A DNA stretch of 40,000 bases from an uncultured phage cr115_1: sequence record NC_055898.1. One strand, written 5' to 3'. The position numbers were made by a program, and so were the translations under genes. Every line of letters begins with the position of its first letter. Positions within the stretch are counted from its first letter, which is position 1. The notes below the pieces were generated by a model that was not told the origin of the DNA, searched no databases, and was given only the letters and a program-made list of their open reading frames with translations. Positions 1 through 10,205 of this stretch are shown in pieces.

Positions 1-548
1 ACATAAGTGAGATCTACTCTATAGAACTCTGTATTATCTTCTACTCTTGGAGCATACATAGGATCCTGCATTAAAACAGGATCTACGTATACTAAGAGTT
101 TATCATTTTCTAAAGTAGCTACTGGATTCTCTACCCAAGGTATATTATTATAAGTCTGCTTAAAAGGCTTTACTAATTCATGGCTAGTAAGTACGCAGTT
201 AGTCTAGAATTGTCCATACTTAAGTAATACACTAAGTATAGTCATTCTATTATCTTCATCATGAACATCTTCTAATGCATACTCATTATAGTCTGTATGT
301 ACAGCATGAAGATTAACATCTGTAGCTATTAACTTCTCTATCTCAGATAAGTTAGATACAGAACCTTCTAAACCTACTCTTAAAGCATTATTGCCAGTAA
401 TCTTATTACTTAAGATTTCTAACTATGCTTGATTAAGAAATAAGTCTACTTCTTCATCTAAGAACGCTGGGCATCCACCATAAGCAATACCTTCTGCATT
501 CTTATCCAGAACTACCTTGAAAATTATATGAGAATCTTTATTAGTCAT
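1..548 (-). CDS. TAG-recoded ORF downstream of the capsid region, truncated at the window edge (MTNKDSHIIFKVVLDKNAEG...), unknown virion-associated gene
   Basis: Continuous minus-strand frame from ATG (548) to the window edge if two in-frame TAG codons are read through (...LFLNQA[TAG]LEILSN..., ...KYGQF[TAG]TNCVL...). Its start overlaps the TAA of the upstream gene at 548-550. Confidence 0.7.
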
Positions 549-1300
549 TACTTAGATTTAATTTCATTGAGTATCGCTAATTTAATATCTTGATTCTTTT
601 TATCTTGCAAATAAGCAATAACATCATCAATACCATTACCAATCAAATCTGTACCAAAGAAATATTGAGTACGATTCTTTCTAATAATGTTTTTAGCAAT
701 AGCTTCTTCAATTACGAAGTTAATTTCTTTATTTGGGTTTTTTACCCATTTCAGCATAAACTTTTCAGGAGAAGTCTCAACTTGTTCTGTAAGTTTAGCT
801 TCAACTAATTCATTTGACATTGTATCTGATTTCATACCATACAGACGTAAGCACTTACGCATATCTTCAATAGACATTTTATCGAGCTCACGATAAGCTT
901 CACGTTTAACTTTGTTAACACGATTAGCCTGTTCAGCCTCTGCATCTTTATTAATCAGTACATAATCTTTAGAAGGATTCATATTAGACAAACCATCTGC
1001 TACTCTTTTATGACCTTTAAGAAATAAGTATTGCAATTCATCTAAAGGTTTCTCAGTATCAAGAATCAAATCTCTCTTACCGATTTTAACTGCAAAGGTA
1101 GTCCAAAAGTCACTATTAGGAGCTAATTCACCTTCTTCTTTATTTAAGGCTTTTTCCAATCTACGAGCATCTTCTGAGCTCAAGCCAGTATAGGTATTAC
1201 CAGATCCAGTCCAGTACGGACCTACATAATCATATGTTGTAGGCCATTTAGTAAGCCCTGTCCAAGGATTTACTTTCATTATTCTAACGATTACTTCCAT
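548..1300 (-). CDS. Conserved-looking phage protein downstream of the major capsid protein, unknown function
   Basis: 250-aa ORF with TAA stop, in the virion module next to the MCP; no in-frame TAG. Confidence 0.7.
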   Translation of the reverse strand: MEVIVRIMKVNPWTGLTKWPTTYDYVGPYWTGSGNTYTGLSSEDARRLEKALNKEEGELAPNSDFWTTFAVKIGKRDLILDTEKPLDELQYLFLKGHKRVADGLSNMNPSKDYVLINKDAEAEQANRVNKVKREAYRELDKMSIEDMRKCLRLYGMKSDTMSNELVEAKLTEQVETSPEKFMLKWVKNPNKEINFVIEEAIAKNIIRKNRTQYFFGTDLIGNGIDDVIAYLQDKKNQDIKLAILNEIKSK

Positions 1301-1325
1301 AATACTTTGTATTGGATTTATCCTG

Positions 1326-2315
1326 TTATTCTTTATATTTCCAAATATATTTTACATTGTTCCAAGCTCTGCCATTAGAGGGATCTACTGGATTTTGGAG
1401 CTTCCTTTGAATGGATCGTCTATCAGATTTAGTAGACCTAGAAGCCTCTATTATTGAAGGGAATTCTGCTATTAGATTACCTTCTTTGTCATATTGACAA
1501 ATTGCCTTAGCTGATTTCATTCCATTGTCTATAGCTGCTTGTTTCTGCTTATCTGATAATTGTCTGTTAACACGCTTTTCTATATTAGCGTTTTTACAAG
1601 CTTCAGATATAGTAGGTTTCCAAGTAGGATCTTTAGCATATAAAGTAGCAGGAACTGTACTAGGTATATCAGGATACTCAGATTTATAAACCCAAATGTA
1701 CGGATTTCTTTTTGACCCTACTATATTTTGATGCTTAAGAGCAGTAATAATAGTAGTAGGGCTCATGCTAAGTTCCTTAGCTGCTATATTTACTCCATCA
1801 AATTCTTTTATGAAGTTTCCTTCTTTGGTATACTGAAGTATAGGTTTACGTCTGTTGTCTCCTATCTTTCCAGATTCCCAGTAAGCTACTCTACCTTCTG
1901 TTCTTACTTTACCAGCTCCTGATAGTTTCTCTCTAGTCTCTTCTGAGACTTCTCTACCAAGAGCTTTTTGACGAATCTTATCTCTAGTTTCCATAGTAAC
2001 ATATCTACCGACAGTACCATCTCCACCTTCAGTCATATTATAACCAAATTCGTCTTGAAGAGAGTTATATTCAGAAATGTAATATTTTTCTTTTTCTATA
2101 AGTTCTTCCCAACTATTACAGAAATCGAGCAATTCAATTGAGAAGTTCTCTTTACCATACTTACGTATGGCATTGTGTAATTTGAAAGGGCATCCGTGCT
2201 CGGCATTATAGAGATGTTCCTTCCACCGAGCACTTAAACCTTTACTTGTAATGCCAATGTAAACCTTGTTATTTACTTTATTAGTTACCTTGTAAACATC
2301 ATAAGATCTCATCAT
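1326..2315 (-). CDS. GIY-YIG homing endonuclease with NUMOD-type repeats, free-standing
   Basis: N-terminus MMRSYDVYKVTNKVNNKVYIGIT...W.EHL matches the GIY-YIG module; later repeats PILQYTKEGNFIKEFDG and AICQYDKEGNLIAEFPSI..A resemble NUMOD1. Confidence 0.85.
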   Translation of the reverse strand: MMRSYDVYKVTNKVNNKVYIGITSKGLSARWKEHLYNAEHGCPFKLHNAIRKYGKENFSIELLDFCNSWEELIEKEKYYISEYNSLQDEFGYNMTEGGDGTVGRYVTMETRDKIRQKALGREVSEETREKLSGAGKVRTEGRVAYWESGKIGDNRRKPILQYTKEGNFIKEFDGVNIAAKELSMSPTTIITALKHQNIVGSKRNPYIWVYKSEYPDIPSTVPATLYAKDPTWKPTISEACKNANIEKRVNRQLSDKQKQAAIDNGMKSAKAICQYDKEGNLIAEFPSIIEASRSTKSDRRSIQRKLQNPVDPSNGRAWNNVKYIWKYKE

Positions 2316-2409
2316 AATTTCTAGATTTTAGTTATATTCTATATAACGCTAATCTAACCGCAAGGTCTCTAATAAGTGTAATTATTTAACAAACTTTAAC
2401 ATTTAGCTC

Positions 2410-3873
2410 TTATTCTAATATCAATTCTCCACACGCACGAGGGTCCCTCAACATTATTCCCATTTCTCCAAGGAAGAATACAGTATAACCGTCCTTACCA
2501 TTAGATCTCAAGGTATCCTTAGACTTAGCATAACCAGACGGAGCAACAGCACCACCAGTATACCAAGTTACGAATTCACGATCCTTACGAACTACCTTAA
2601 CGATATTAGCTTCACCATCACGACGACCAAGATCCAAGAAAGTCATACGATATGATTCCTTCGGTTTCAAGGTTACAGGATGCAACTCACGATTGTAAGT
2701 AGGATCGTCATACAACGGGAAATATTTCAAAGTCAACTCGATACCATTAGTCATCTTATAAGTCTTGAACTGACCACCAAAAGTCAAGTTATCACCAGAA
2801 CCAGTTACAAATACTGTATCCATTAAGTTCATAGTAGCTACCTTTTCTTTTAAGATACGGTCAAATTCACGCATACCCATTTCACCAGTCAAGGCAACAA
2901 ACTTACGTTCGTTAGTACCCAGACAGTTATAAGACAGGTCAAACAAGAAGTCTTCCAACATCTCACCAGTCAAGTGGGTGTAGTAACGTCTATTAGACGG
3001 AGCAATCTGTTCCAACAGACCAGCACCAATAAATACTGGACGACCGTTAGTACCCTTCAGATTACAAGAACCATCTCTGTTAACATTAGTCTTCATATAA
3101 ACGAGCATACGTTCACATCTCTTGTACCATTCACGTAAAGCTTTCCATTCCTGATAATCAGCCCACAGATAAGAAGTCTTGCCAGTAGCAGGATCCTTCA
3201 AAGCAATTGCCATTACTGTAGAATAAGCTGAACCAGTAATATCATAGTTAACACGAATAGTGGTAAGATAGTTGCGCATCTTGAAGTGAGTGTTGTAGTT
3301 CAGGATATCACCCTCTTCACTGTATTCTTCGTATGCAGAAGCAAGACGAGATACTTGTTTTCCAGCTTCAAGATATTCAGAAGGAATATAAGAAGTAGGC
3401 TGACCATCTGCTACAAAGCAGGTATATACCCACAGATTACCGTCTTGATAAGGAGCACCTGATACACGTACTTGGAACTCTCTGTTATCAAATTCGAGAA
3501 TAGCACCAGGACCAAACCAATTATCTTCTAACCACAACATAATAGGAGTGTTACCCAAACCTGCAGTAGAAGTAGCAGTAATAGCTGCGCCATTCCATTT
3601 AGCGTCTCTAATTGTTACGGCTCTGTCATTATCAACCATTACAGACCATTCAAAAGAAGGCTGATCAATTGTCATTACATTGCCAAGACCACCTGTCAAC
3701 ATATCCAAAGAAGTGCTATAACCACTATCTTTTGTACCAAATACGTAAGACAAGATAGTAGACACCTGATACGGATTCTGCTGAGAAGCTACTGAAATCT
3801 TAGCAGTATCAATCAAGTCGGAGAACCACTTTCCTTTGTATAATTGAAGGTTATTAAGAATATTGTTATCCAT
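2410..3873 (-). CDS. Major capsid protein, crAss-like
   Basis: 487-aa ORF in the expected position; sequence such as YLWADYQEWKALREWYKRCERMLVYMKTNVNRDG and ...GEMGIMLRDPRACGELILE resembles crAss-like MCPs; preceded by an acidic scaffold-like gene. Confidence 0.8.
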   Translation of the reverse strand: MDNNILNNLQLYKGKWFSDLIDTAKISVASQQNPYQVSTILSYVFGTKDSGYSTSLDMLTGGLGNVMTIDQPSFEWSVMVDNDRAVTIRDAKWNGAAITATSTAGLGNTPIMLWLEDNWFGPGAILEFDNREFQVRVSGAPYQDGNLWVYTCFVADGQPTSYIPSEYLEAGKQVSRLASAYEEYSEEGDILNYNTHFKMRNYLTTIRVNYDITGSAYSTVMAIALKDPATGKTSYLWADYQEWKALREWYKRCERMLVYMKTNVNRDGSCNLKGTNGRPVFIGAGLLEQIAPSNRRYYTHLTGEMLEDFLFDLSYNCLGTNERKFVALTGEMGMREFDRILKEKVATMNLMDTVFVTGSGDNLTFGGQFKTYKMTNGIELTLKYFPLYDDPTYNRELHPVTLKPKESYRMTFLDLGRRDGEANIVKVVRKDREFVTWYTGGAVAPSGYAKSKDTLRSNGKDGYTVFFLGEMGIMLRDPRACGELILE

Positions 3874-3913
3874 AAAAATACTAGTAATTTAATTTTTTAA
3901 TTATTTAATTTTA

Positions 3914-5131
3914 TTATGCGACACGTAGTTGTCGTGCGAAAGCATCCCAGATAGATGAGTTGCTATCGTTATTTATCACTTGCCTTTTAGATTTCTTAGA
4001 TACTCCACTATTTCTAGATAGTGTATTCTTGAAATTATCAATAGCATCTTTTTTACCTTTCTTCTTAGCTATATCAATTAAGGTATCACCTTTCATTGTA
4101 AAGTAAGCAGAAGTGATTAAATTCTTAAGGCTTTTAGCATAATCTTTCTAGTATCTAGTAATGCCGTCTGCATCCGGTTTGAATATGTATTCCAACAGGG
4201 CTTTCTTATCCTTCTCAGGAATATCAATTCCATAGATACTATCCATGCCTTTTATTTCTGTGACAACGTTATTAAAGAAGTCACGTTGTTGCTTTTCAGC
4301 CTCTCTGGCCTATTTTTCCTGGTTGGCTAATAGCTCTTCTTTACGTGCAACTTTAATGTCTCTAAGAGCCTCTAAAGCATCTGTAGCCTCATCCTCCAGT
4401 AAGCCAGCTTCTTCATATTTGTTAAGTTTCTTTTCAATTTGTTTTGAAGTAAAGCCTTTCTCTTTTAGAAATTCTTTAATAACTAGTTTTTGATTTACTT
4501 CATCATCTTCTATCTCGATATTGTCAATATCAAGATCAGCATCAATACTAAAATAATCTTTAAGCTTACCTCCATTATGAACAAATTTATCAAGCTTTTC
4601 TACTTCCTCACTAGCATACTGAGGGGTAGAATTTTCTTCTATTACTTCCTTAAAGTAATCAATTAGATCTTCAGCAGTTCTAGGCTTTTCATCATCTTCT
4701 ACGTCATCCCATCCTAATTGTGAAGCTAATGAATCAAAGAATCCTACGATTATTTCTTCATCGCTTGTATCATTTCCACCATCGGTATTATCACTATTAG
4801 TTTCTTGTTCCCCACCCTCATCCTCATCTTCATTAGTTTCTGTATCTTCAGATTTGGATTTCTTTTGAGTTTTAGTAGTTTTTTTAGGTTTAGATGTAAC
4901 ATCTTCATCTTCCTCTTCATTATCTTCATCTTCGAGCTCATCATCTTCTACTTTAGTAGTTTTCTTAGGTTTAGGATTACGTAATGCCTCTAACTCTTCA
5001 TCTGTTAGTTCTTCTGCTGCTGCATCAATTACGTCAGTATCATTATCTTCTGTTTTAGTCTTAGTACCTACATGAGGGTTTAAGGTGTCTAATATAGCCT
5101 CAAAACCATTCAATGTGTTCTTTGCTTCCAT
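3914..5131 (-). CDS. Probable capsid scaffold/assembly protein (TAG-recoded, 405 aa), acidic and coiled
   Basis: ORFs 4310..5131 and 3914..4096 are in one frame, joined through two TAG codons (...LLANQEK[TAG]AREAEKQQRDFF... and ...DGITRY[TAG]KDYAKS...). Genuine TAA stop. Very acidic Asp/Glu-rich N-terminal part directly upstream of the MCP. Confidence 0.7.
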
Positions 5132-5156
5132 AATTATATATAATTAGATTTATTTT

Positions 5157-5432
5157 TTAATAGTTTTTAGTAGCTCCTAACTCGTAACATCTTTTTATTA
5201 AAAATTCAATCACTTCATGAGCTTCTTCTTGTGTAAAATATTTTTTATCTTCAAACAATTTAATAGAGTTTATCTAGTCTTCCGATAAAATATCTTCTAT
5301 ATTATAAGAATCCTATGATGGAGGCATTATAACATCTGGTAAATAATAATACGAATGTTCATCTATATACTTATCTAAAGTATTGACTCCCGTTACATAA
5401 GTATGTAATTTATTATTAATTTCTGCTCTCAT
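5157..5432 (-). CDS. Small TAG-recoded ORF (91 codons), unknown
   Basis: MRAEINNKLHTYVTGVNTLDKYIDEHSYYLLPDVIMPPS[TAG]DSYNIEDILSED[TAG]INSIKL...KRCYELGATKNY*, TAA stop; absent from the standard-code track. Confidence 0.65.
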
Positions 5433-6568
5433 TGTTTGTAAAAATATTTATTTGCTCCTATAGCTCCAACTCCAAGAAGAGGAACTGTATTAAACCATTT
5501 AGTATATGATTTTAAAGATTTAAATTGATTGCTAGCCTTCTTGACAGAATCCATACCTTTCGGTAATTTATCTAACGCTGTCTTTATTAAAGAAGGAGTA
5601 ACAACCTAATCTCTAGTATCTATCATCTTATTAGCATACATAAATTCTCTTAATTGATTCATATACGCTTTCTATTCTGTAGGACTAGAAAAATACTTAC
5701 TAACAGAGTCAGAATATGGTTTAATAGCCGATCTCATCCACTTATACATGTTACTAGAACCTACTGCGTCCGGAGATTGATTTTTTAAAAAGTCACTAAA
5801 GTGATTAATTTCGTGTGTAGTACTGCCATAAGGAACTCCTCTATCTATATTGAACATATAATCATATTCCCCTATTTTAGGGAAATCTCCTCCTTCTTTA
5901 TGTCTAGTAGTAGCGGATCCTTGCGTTTGCATTTTACCTCTAGCTTCTCCTAAAGATAGGCTCCCTTTAGCTTTTGGTAATAATTCTGGTGATTCGTTAT
6001 ATGCATTGATTATATCTGCATATATAGAAGTATAATCATCTCCGTATTTATTCTTTACTTGTTGTGCTCTTCTCATATAAGAGGGATCATCCATTAATCT
6101 CTCCGCTATATTATACGTCTCGTTATTCAAACGAGTAGCCATTTTTGCTTCTTTATTTTGTGCTCTAAGTATTCTATCTATCTAATCTGTTCCAGTTCTA
6201 CGTACTGTAGGTGTAGCTCTTTTTATCGCATTAGGAACGAATGGTATTACAGTAAGAGCAGCTAATCCAGCACCTAACCAATCTCTATTCTTTACTGCAT
6301 CATAAGCGTCTTTAGCCGATATAGCATCACCAATAGGAGTCATATTAGCAGCATCTTCAAGATTAAATACAGGTTTTAAACCTTCTTCTAAAGGTCTACC
6401 ACTACTACTTCTACCTGTAGCTTGATAGAATCTTTCCTTCTCAGGATCACCTGTCTGACCACCATCTGCAAATGCTTCTACCTTCCAATCCCAATAGCCT
6501 TTACCGGGATTATTCTCCCGGTAAGACTTTAGGTTTTGCATTCTCTATTTAAATGCTTGTTTATCCAT
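5429..6568 (-). CDS. TAG-recoded 379-codon protein with HEINH zincin-like motif
   Basis: Joins track ORFs 6182..6541 and 5672..6142 in one frame through four TAGs (MDKQAFK[TAG]RMQN..., ...RTGTD[TAG]IDRIL..., ...SSPTE[TAG]KAYM..., ...DTRD[TAG]GVVT...). Ends in TGA overlapping the next ATG. Contains YGSTTHEINHFSDF. Confidence 0.7.
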
Positions 6569-6578
6569 AATCTTTCAA

Positions 6579-6632
6579 TTATTTCTTTCCGCCTTTTCCG
6601 CCTTTGGATTTCTTTCCGCCCTTGCAAGCCAT
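6579..6632 (-). CDS. 17-aa basic Lys/Gly-rich micropeptide MACKGGKKSKGGKGGKK
   Basis: ATG GCT TGC AAG GGC GGA AAG AAA TCC AAA GGC GGA AAA GGC GGA AAG AAA TAA, preceded by TAATAGGAGGAATTAATT, a full AGGAGG Shine-Dalgarno at good spacing. Confidence 0.55.
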   Translation of the reverse strand: MACKGGKKSKGGKGGKK

Positions 6633-6647
6633 AATTAATTCCTCCTA

Positions 6648-7112
6648 TTATTTAATTGTTTTAAGATACTGTTTCCAATTCTTCTTATTAGCCTTATAAG
6701 TCTTCTTTCTGTCTTTAATCTTGTACTTATCAAGATCCTCAGGCTTACGTGTTTTCAGATAATCAAAGTTATCGTCATTAGCATAAGCTTCCATCTCATA
6801 AGGAATAGTATAGTAAGCACTAGATGCAGGATAGATAATCGGATTACCTTTAATCCATGACCATGCATAAGACCAATAATAACTCATCCATCTCTTTCTA
6901 TCTTTAGCTTGATAGAGATGAATATTTTCGTGATTCCAAGTAGTAGGTTTAATCTGAGACTCAGGTTTTCTACTTAACAAGTAACCACACCAGCTCATTG
7001 CAGAGTAACCACTAAACGGATAGTGATCCATATGCTTATACTCTACTTTATCTGCTTTTACTTTAGTGAATAGCTATTTAATTATCCACCATGTTTCTTT
7101 AAACCAATTCAT
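6648..7112 (-). CDS. TAG-recoded protein with HENIH zincin-like motif
   Basis: MNWFKETWWIIK[TAG]LFTKVKADKVEYKHMDHYPFSG... continuous with track ORF 6648..7031; WNHENIHLYQA matches HExxH. Confidence 0.65.
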
Positions 7113-7114
7113 AA

Positions 7115-9637
7115 TTATTTACTCTTTTTAGCTTCTGCGTTTGTCTTATTCTTAAGTGCTGTTTTAGCTTTTAATCTCTCTCTTTCCATTGCGGCTTTAT
7201 CTTTAGCTGCCTGCAACTTCATTTCATGATCCATTCTTTCTCTTTCAAGCTGATTCTTCTTATCTTCTATTTCTTTTTTCATCTTCTGCTCTCTAATCTT
7301 AGCATTGAATTCAAATTGTTTAGAAGCTTCATCAGATGCTTGTTTACGTTCAGCTAAAGCTTGTTGAGCTATCTCTACTGGATCTGGAATTCCGTTACCA
7401 TCTTGATCCATATTTTCAGCACCTCTATAAGCATTAAGTTGAGCTACAGTAATTTTAGTAGCATTATCTTGATCTATCTTATACTTCTCAAGATCCATTT
7501 CTGCTTCTTTAATCATGAGCTCCTCTTCCTTAATCTCATTTTGCATTTGAATAGCTTGCTGTTCACGTTCTGCTTGAGCTTGTTCCATAGCTTGTTGCTG
7601 CTCCATACGTTTCTGTTCAATCTCTTCTAATCTAGACTTAATCATACTAATATTATCCATAGTAATGATTTCAGCTATATCAAGTAAACTAGCACCGTTC
7701 TGCATAGCAGGTTGCATAAGTTGTTTAAGAGCTTCTACTTGTTGTTGATTCTTAGTAGTATCATCAATGAATATATCCATATCTTCATAGAAGAACTCAT
7801 CAGAAAGAGTTATAAATGCTCTAGTAGCATCATCAAGGATATAATGTAAGCATCTTTTATTATCTTTCCACGCTACTTTGGAAGTATCTAATAACATAGT
7901 AAGAGCTTCTTTCTTTACTTGATTATGAACCCAGAACCAAGGTTCAGTAATATGAGCTGACTATACTATAGATCTCTCTACATTACCTACTAATTCATTA
8001 GATGCAACAGAACCTTCACGCTATTTACTTACTCCTGATATTTCTGATACCATAGCTTCAATCTTATCCATAAGATTAATGTACTAATCAATAGTATTAG
8101 CCATAGTAAGATCTAATGAAGTAAATTGATTGAACTGAGATGGCTTACCGCCTTCTCTACCAGGTATATCCCATCCTTCTTCGTATGGGTTAATAAATGC
8201 TACGCCAAGAGCACCTAAGTAATGCATCCACTTATTCACATCTATACCCATAGATTTAGGTATCTGAGTAACATCAATAACAGGCACTTTACCTTTATCT
8301 CTAGCCATAGCAAGTTCTAGTCTATACCATAGTACGATATACATATATTGTAATGGCTTCATCATACTTACCAAAGATCTAGGAGCACTATTAGTATTAT
8401 TGTATACAACTCCTGTATAAGGTAATTTTTGAGAGTTAAGATTATCAGCAGATATGTGTTGGTATTCTAGTGGCTATATACCTATATATAAGTCTTCTCC
8501 AACTCTATAACCTTCCCATACCTCTATAATCCAAGTCCATTCAACGTTCAACTCCATACCAGTAACCTTGTAGGACTCGTCTACTTGTAACTCATCAATT
8601 TCTCCAGTATTAGGATCTTGATAAGTAACGAAACCTATTTTCTTAAATGACTTCCAACAGCAATGCCAAACATTAATGTTATCAGACCCTTCAAACGGAT
8701 TTGAAGTTAACCCATTAATGGTTTTTGTCTTTAAGTGAGGGTAATCCATAGATGTCTTACGTACTTCAGGATTAATGCCTCCCCTGCTTACATCATCTAC
8801 CATTTCAAGCAATTCATTTAATTGCTTTTCTGTCATTTTATCATAGAATCTATCATAAATTTCTGTAGCTGACATAATCATCTTACGGCAACACCAATCA
8901 GAGTCATGAATGAATTCTAAGTCTGCGCTCTAGTCATAACTAAAGTAAAGAGGATTAACTCGTTCTAAATAAGGATTACCATTTATAATACCAACATAGT
9001 ATATTTCTTCTCCAGCTATCAATGCATCCTTCCAACCTTTATAAAACTCATGAACTACATTAAGTTTATTCTTAAGATAGTTGAGACTATGGTATGCTGT
9101 TACTTCTGCTATATCTTTATAATCCTTACTTAGATATTTCTATATCTTTTCTGGAGGTAATATTTCACCATTCTATAATGCTTGTTGATATCTCTAAGCC
9201 TCTTCAGGACCTAATTGACTCATAATAGTAGCCATTACATAATCTTCCAGCATTTGTTTAGCAGTATCTTGTACTTCACTAGTAGCTATATCACTAGTAC
9301 GTACTACTCTAAAATTAAATGGTCTTTTTGTTTCTTCACCTAATAATAAGTCTATTTTAGGCTTAATTATATTATAATCCTATGCTGTAGCAGGAAACCC
9401 ATCCTTCTATTTAAAAGGATTTGTAACGTACAAAAGATCTTTCTCATTGTAGATACTATTATATAAATCATAGTAAGTCTACATCTCCTCATATCTAGTA
9501 CGCCCATTTCTACCACCTCCACTATTAAAGCCTGACTTACCTATTATATAGTCAACATTGGCACGTTTCCAGTCCTCCGTTTTTTTACTCATTGGGAGTT
9601 TCTATATTGGCATACTCCCTATATTCTTACTAACCAT
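7115..9637 (-). CDS. Portal protein, crAss-like (TAG-recoded, ~840 codons)
   Basis: Track ORFs 7115..7897, 8084..8374 and 8474..8881 share one frame back to ATG 9637. In-frame TAGs read directly include MPI[TAG]KLP, EEM[TAG]TYY, PFK[TAG]KDG, ATA[TAG]DYN, FSYD[TAG]SADLEF, TID[TAG]YIN, GVSK[TAG]REGS, SIV[TAG]SAHIT. Q/E/K-rich coiled C-terminus typical of crAss-like portals. Confidence 0.8.
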
Positions 9638-9638
9638 A

Positions 9639-10199
9639 TTAATGTTGTTTGTATTTCCAAATATATTTACGGGCAGTAGCCTTTGGATTATTACATGCTC
9701 TCCACAAATCTTTCAGACAAATTCCTAATGAACGAGCAATTTCATTCATACTACACCACTCTTTTACCAATTCTCCATCTGCGCTAAACTATAGTATTGG
9801 TTTACTACGTTTTTTACTACTTCTATAATTTCCTGTTCCGTAGTTTTTGTTGTATTTTCTAGTGCACATTTCTAAATTAGATAAACTATTATCTAGTTTG
9901 TCTTCATTTTTGTGATTTACTTCTAGATCATCAGAATAATTGTCAAAAAACGCTTTAGCAATTAATCTGTGAACTAAATGATTACTATGTACTCCATCTT
10001 TACATAAAGTAATACACCAATATTTGGAACGTATGCTTTGATTCATTATTCTTTCTGGTATTACGTAAGAATACGTTCCTGGTCTATAACCAGTTCTAAT
10101 TACAGTAACTTCTCTGCATTTAGATTTAATTCTTCCGGAACTACTTACCTAATATAGATCTTCATAGCCTGGTATATCTTTCCAAATTTCTCTAATCAT
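9639..10199 (-). CDS. HNH homing endonuclease with NUMOD4 and NUMOD1 modules (TAG-recoded), inserted between terminase and portal
   Basis: MIREIWKDIPGYEDLY[TAG]VSSSGRIKS (NUMOD4), LVHRLIAKAFFDNYSDDLEVNHKNEDKLDNSLSNLEMCTRKYN (HNH), KPIL[TAG]FSADGELVKEWCSMNEIARSLGI...YIWKYK (NUMOD1); TAA stop just upstream of the portal ATG. Confidence 0.9.
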
Positions 10200-10205
10200 A
10201 TTCTG

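Noticed and set aside
590-896. Track ORFs antisense to clear genes (590..808, 687..896, 1728..1922, 4245..4493, 4750..4944, 7361..7630, 10518..10709, 11401..11628, 14417..14605, 17554..17742, 19334..19558, 19685..19930, 19786..20040, 22745..22930, 23206..23412, 26554..26745, 27052..27369, 31555..32082, 33866..34081)
   Set aside because: They lie opposite or out of frame with well-supported genes or in non-coding islands, with unremarkable composition. Treated as shadow ORFs.
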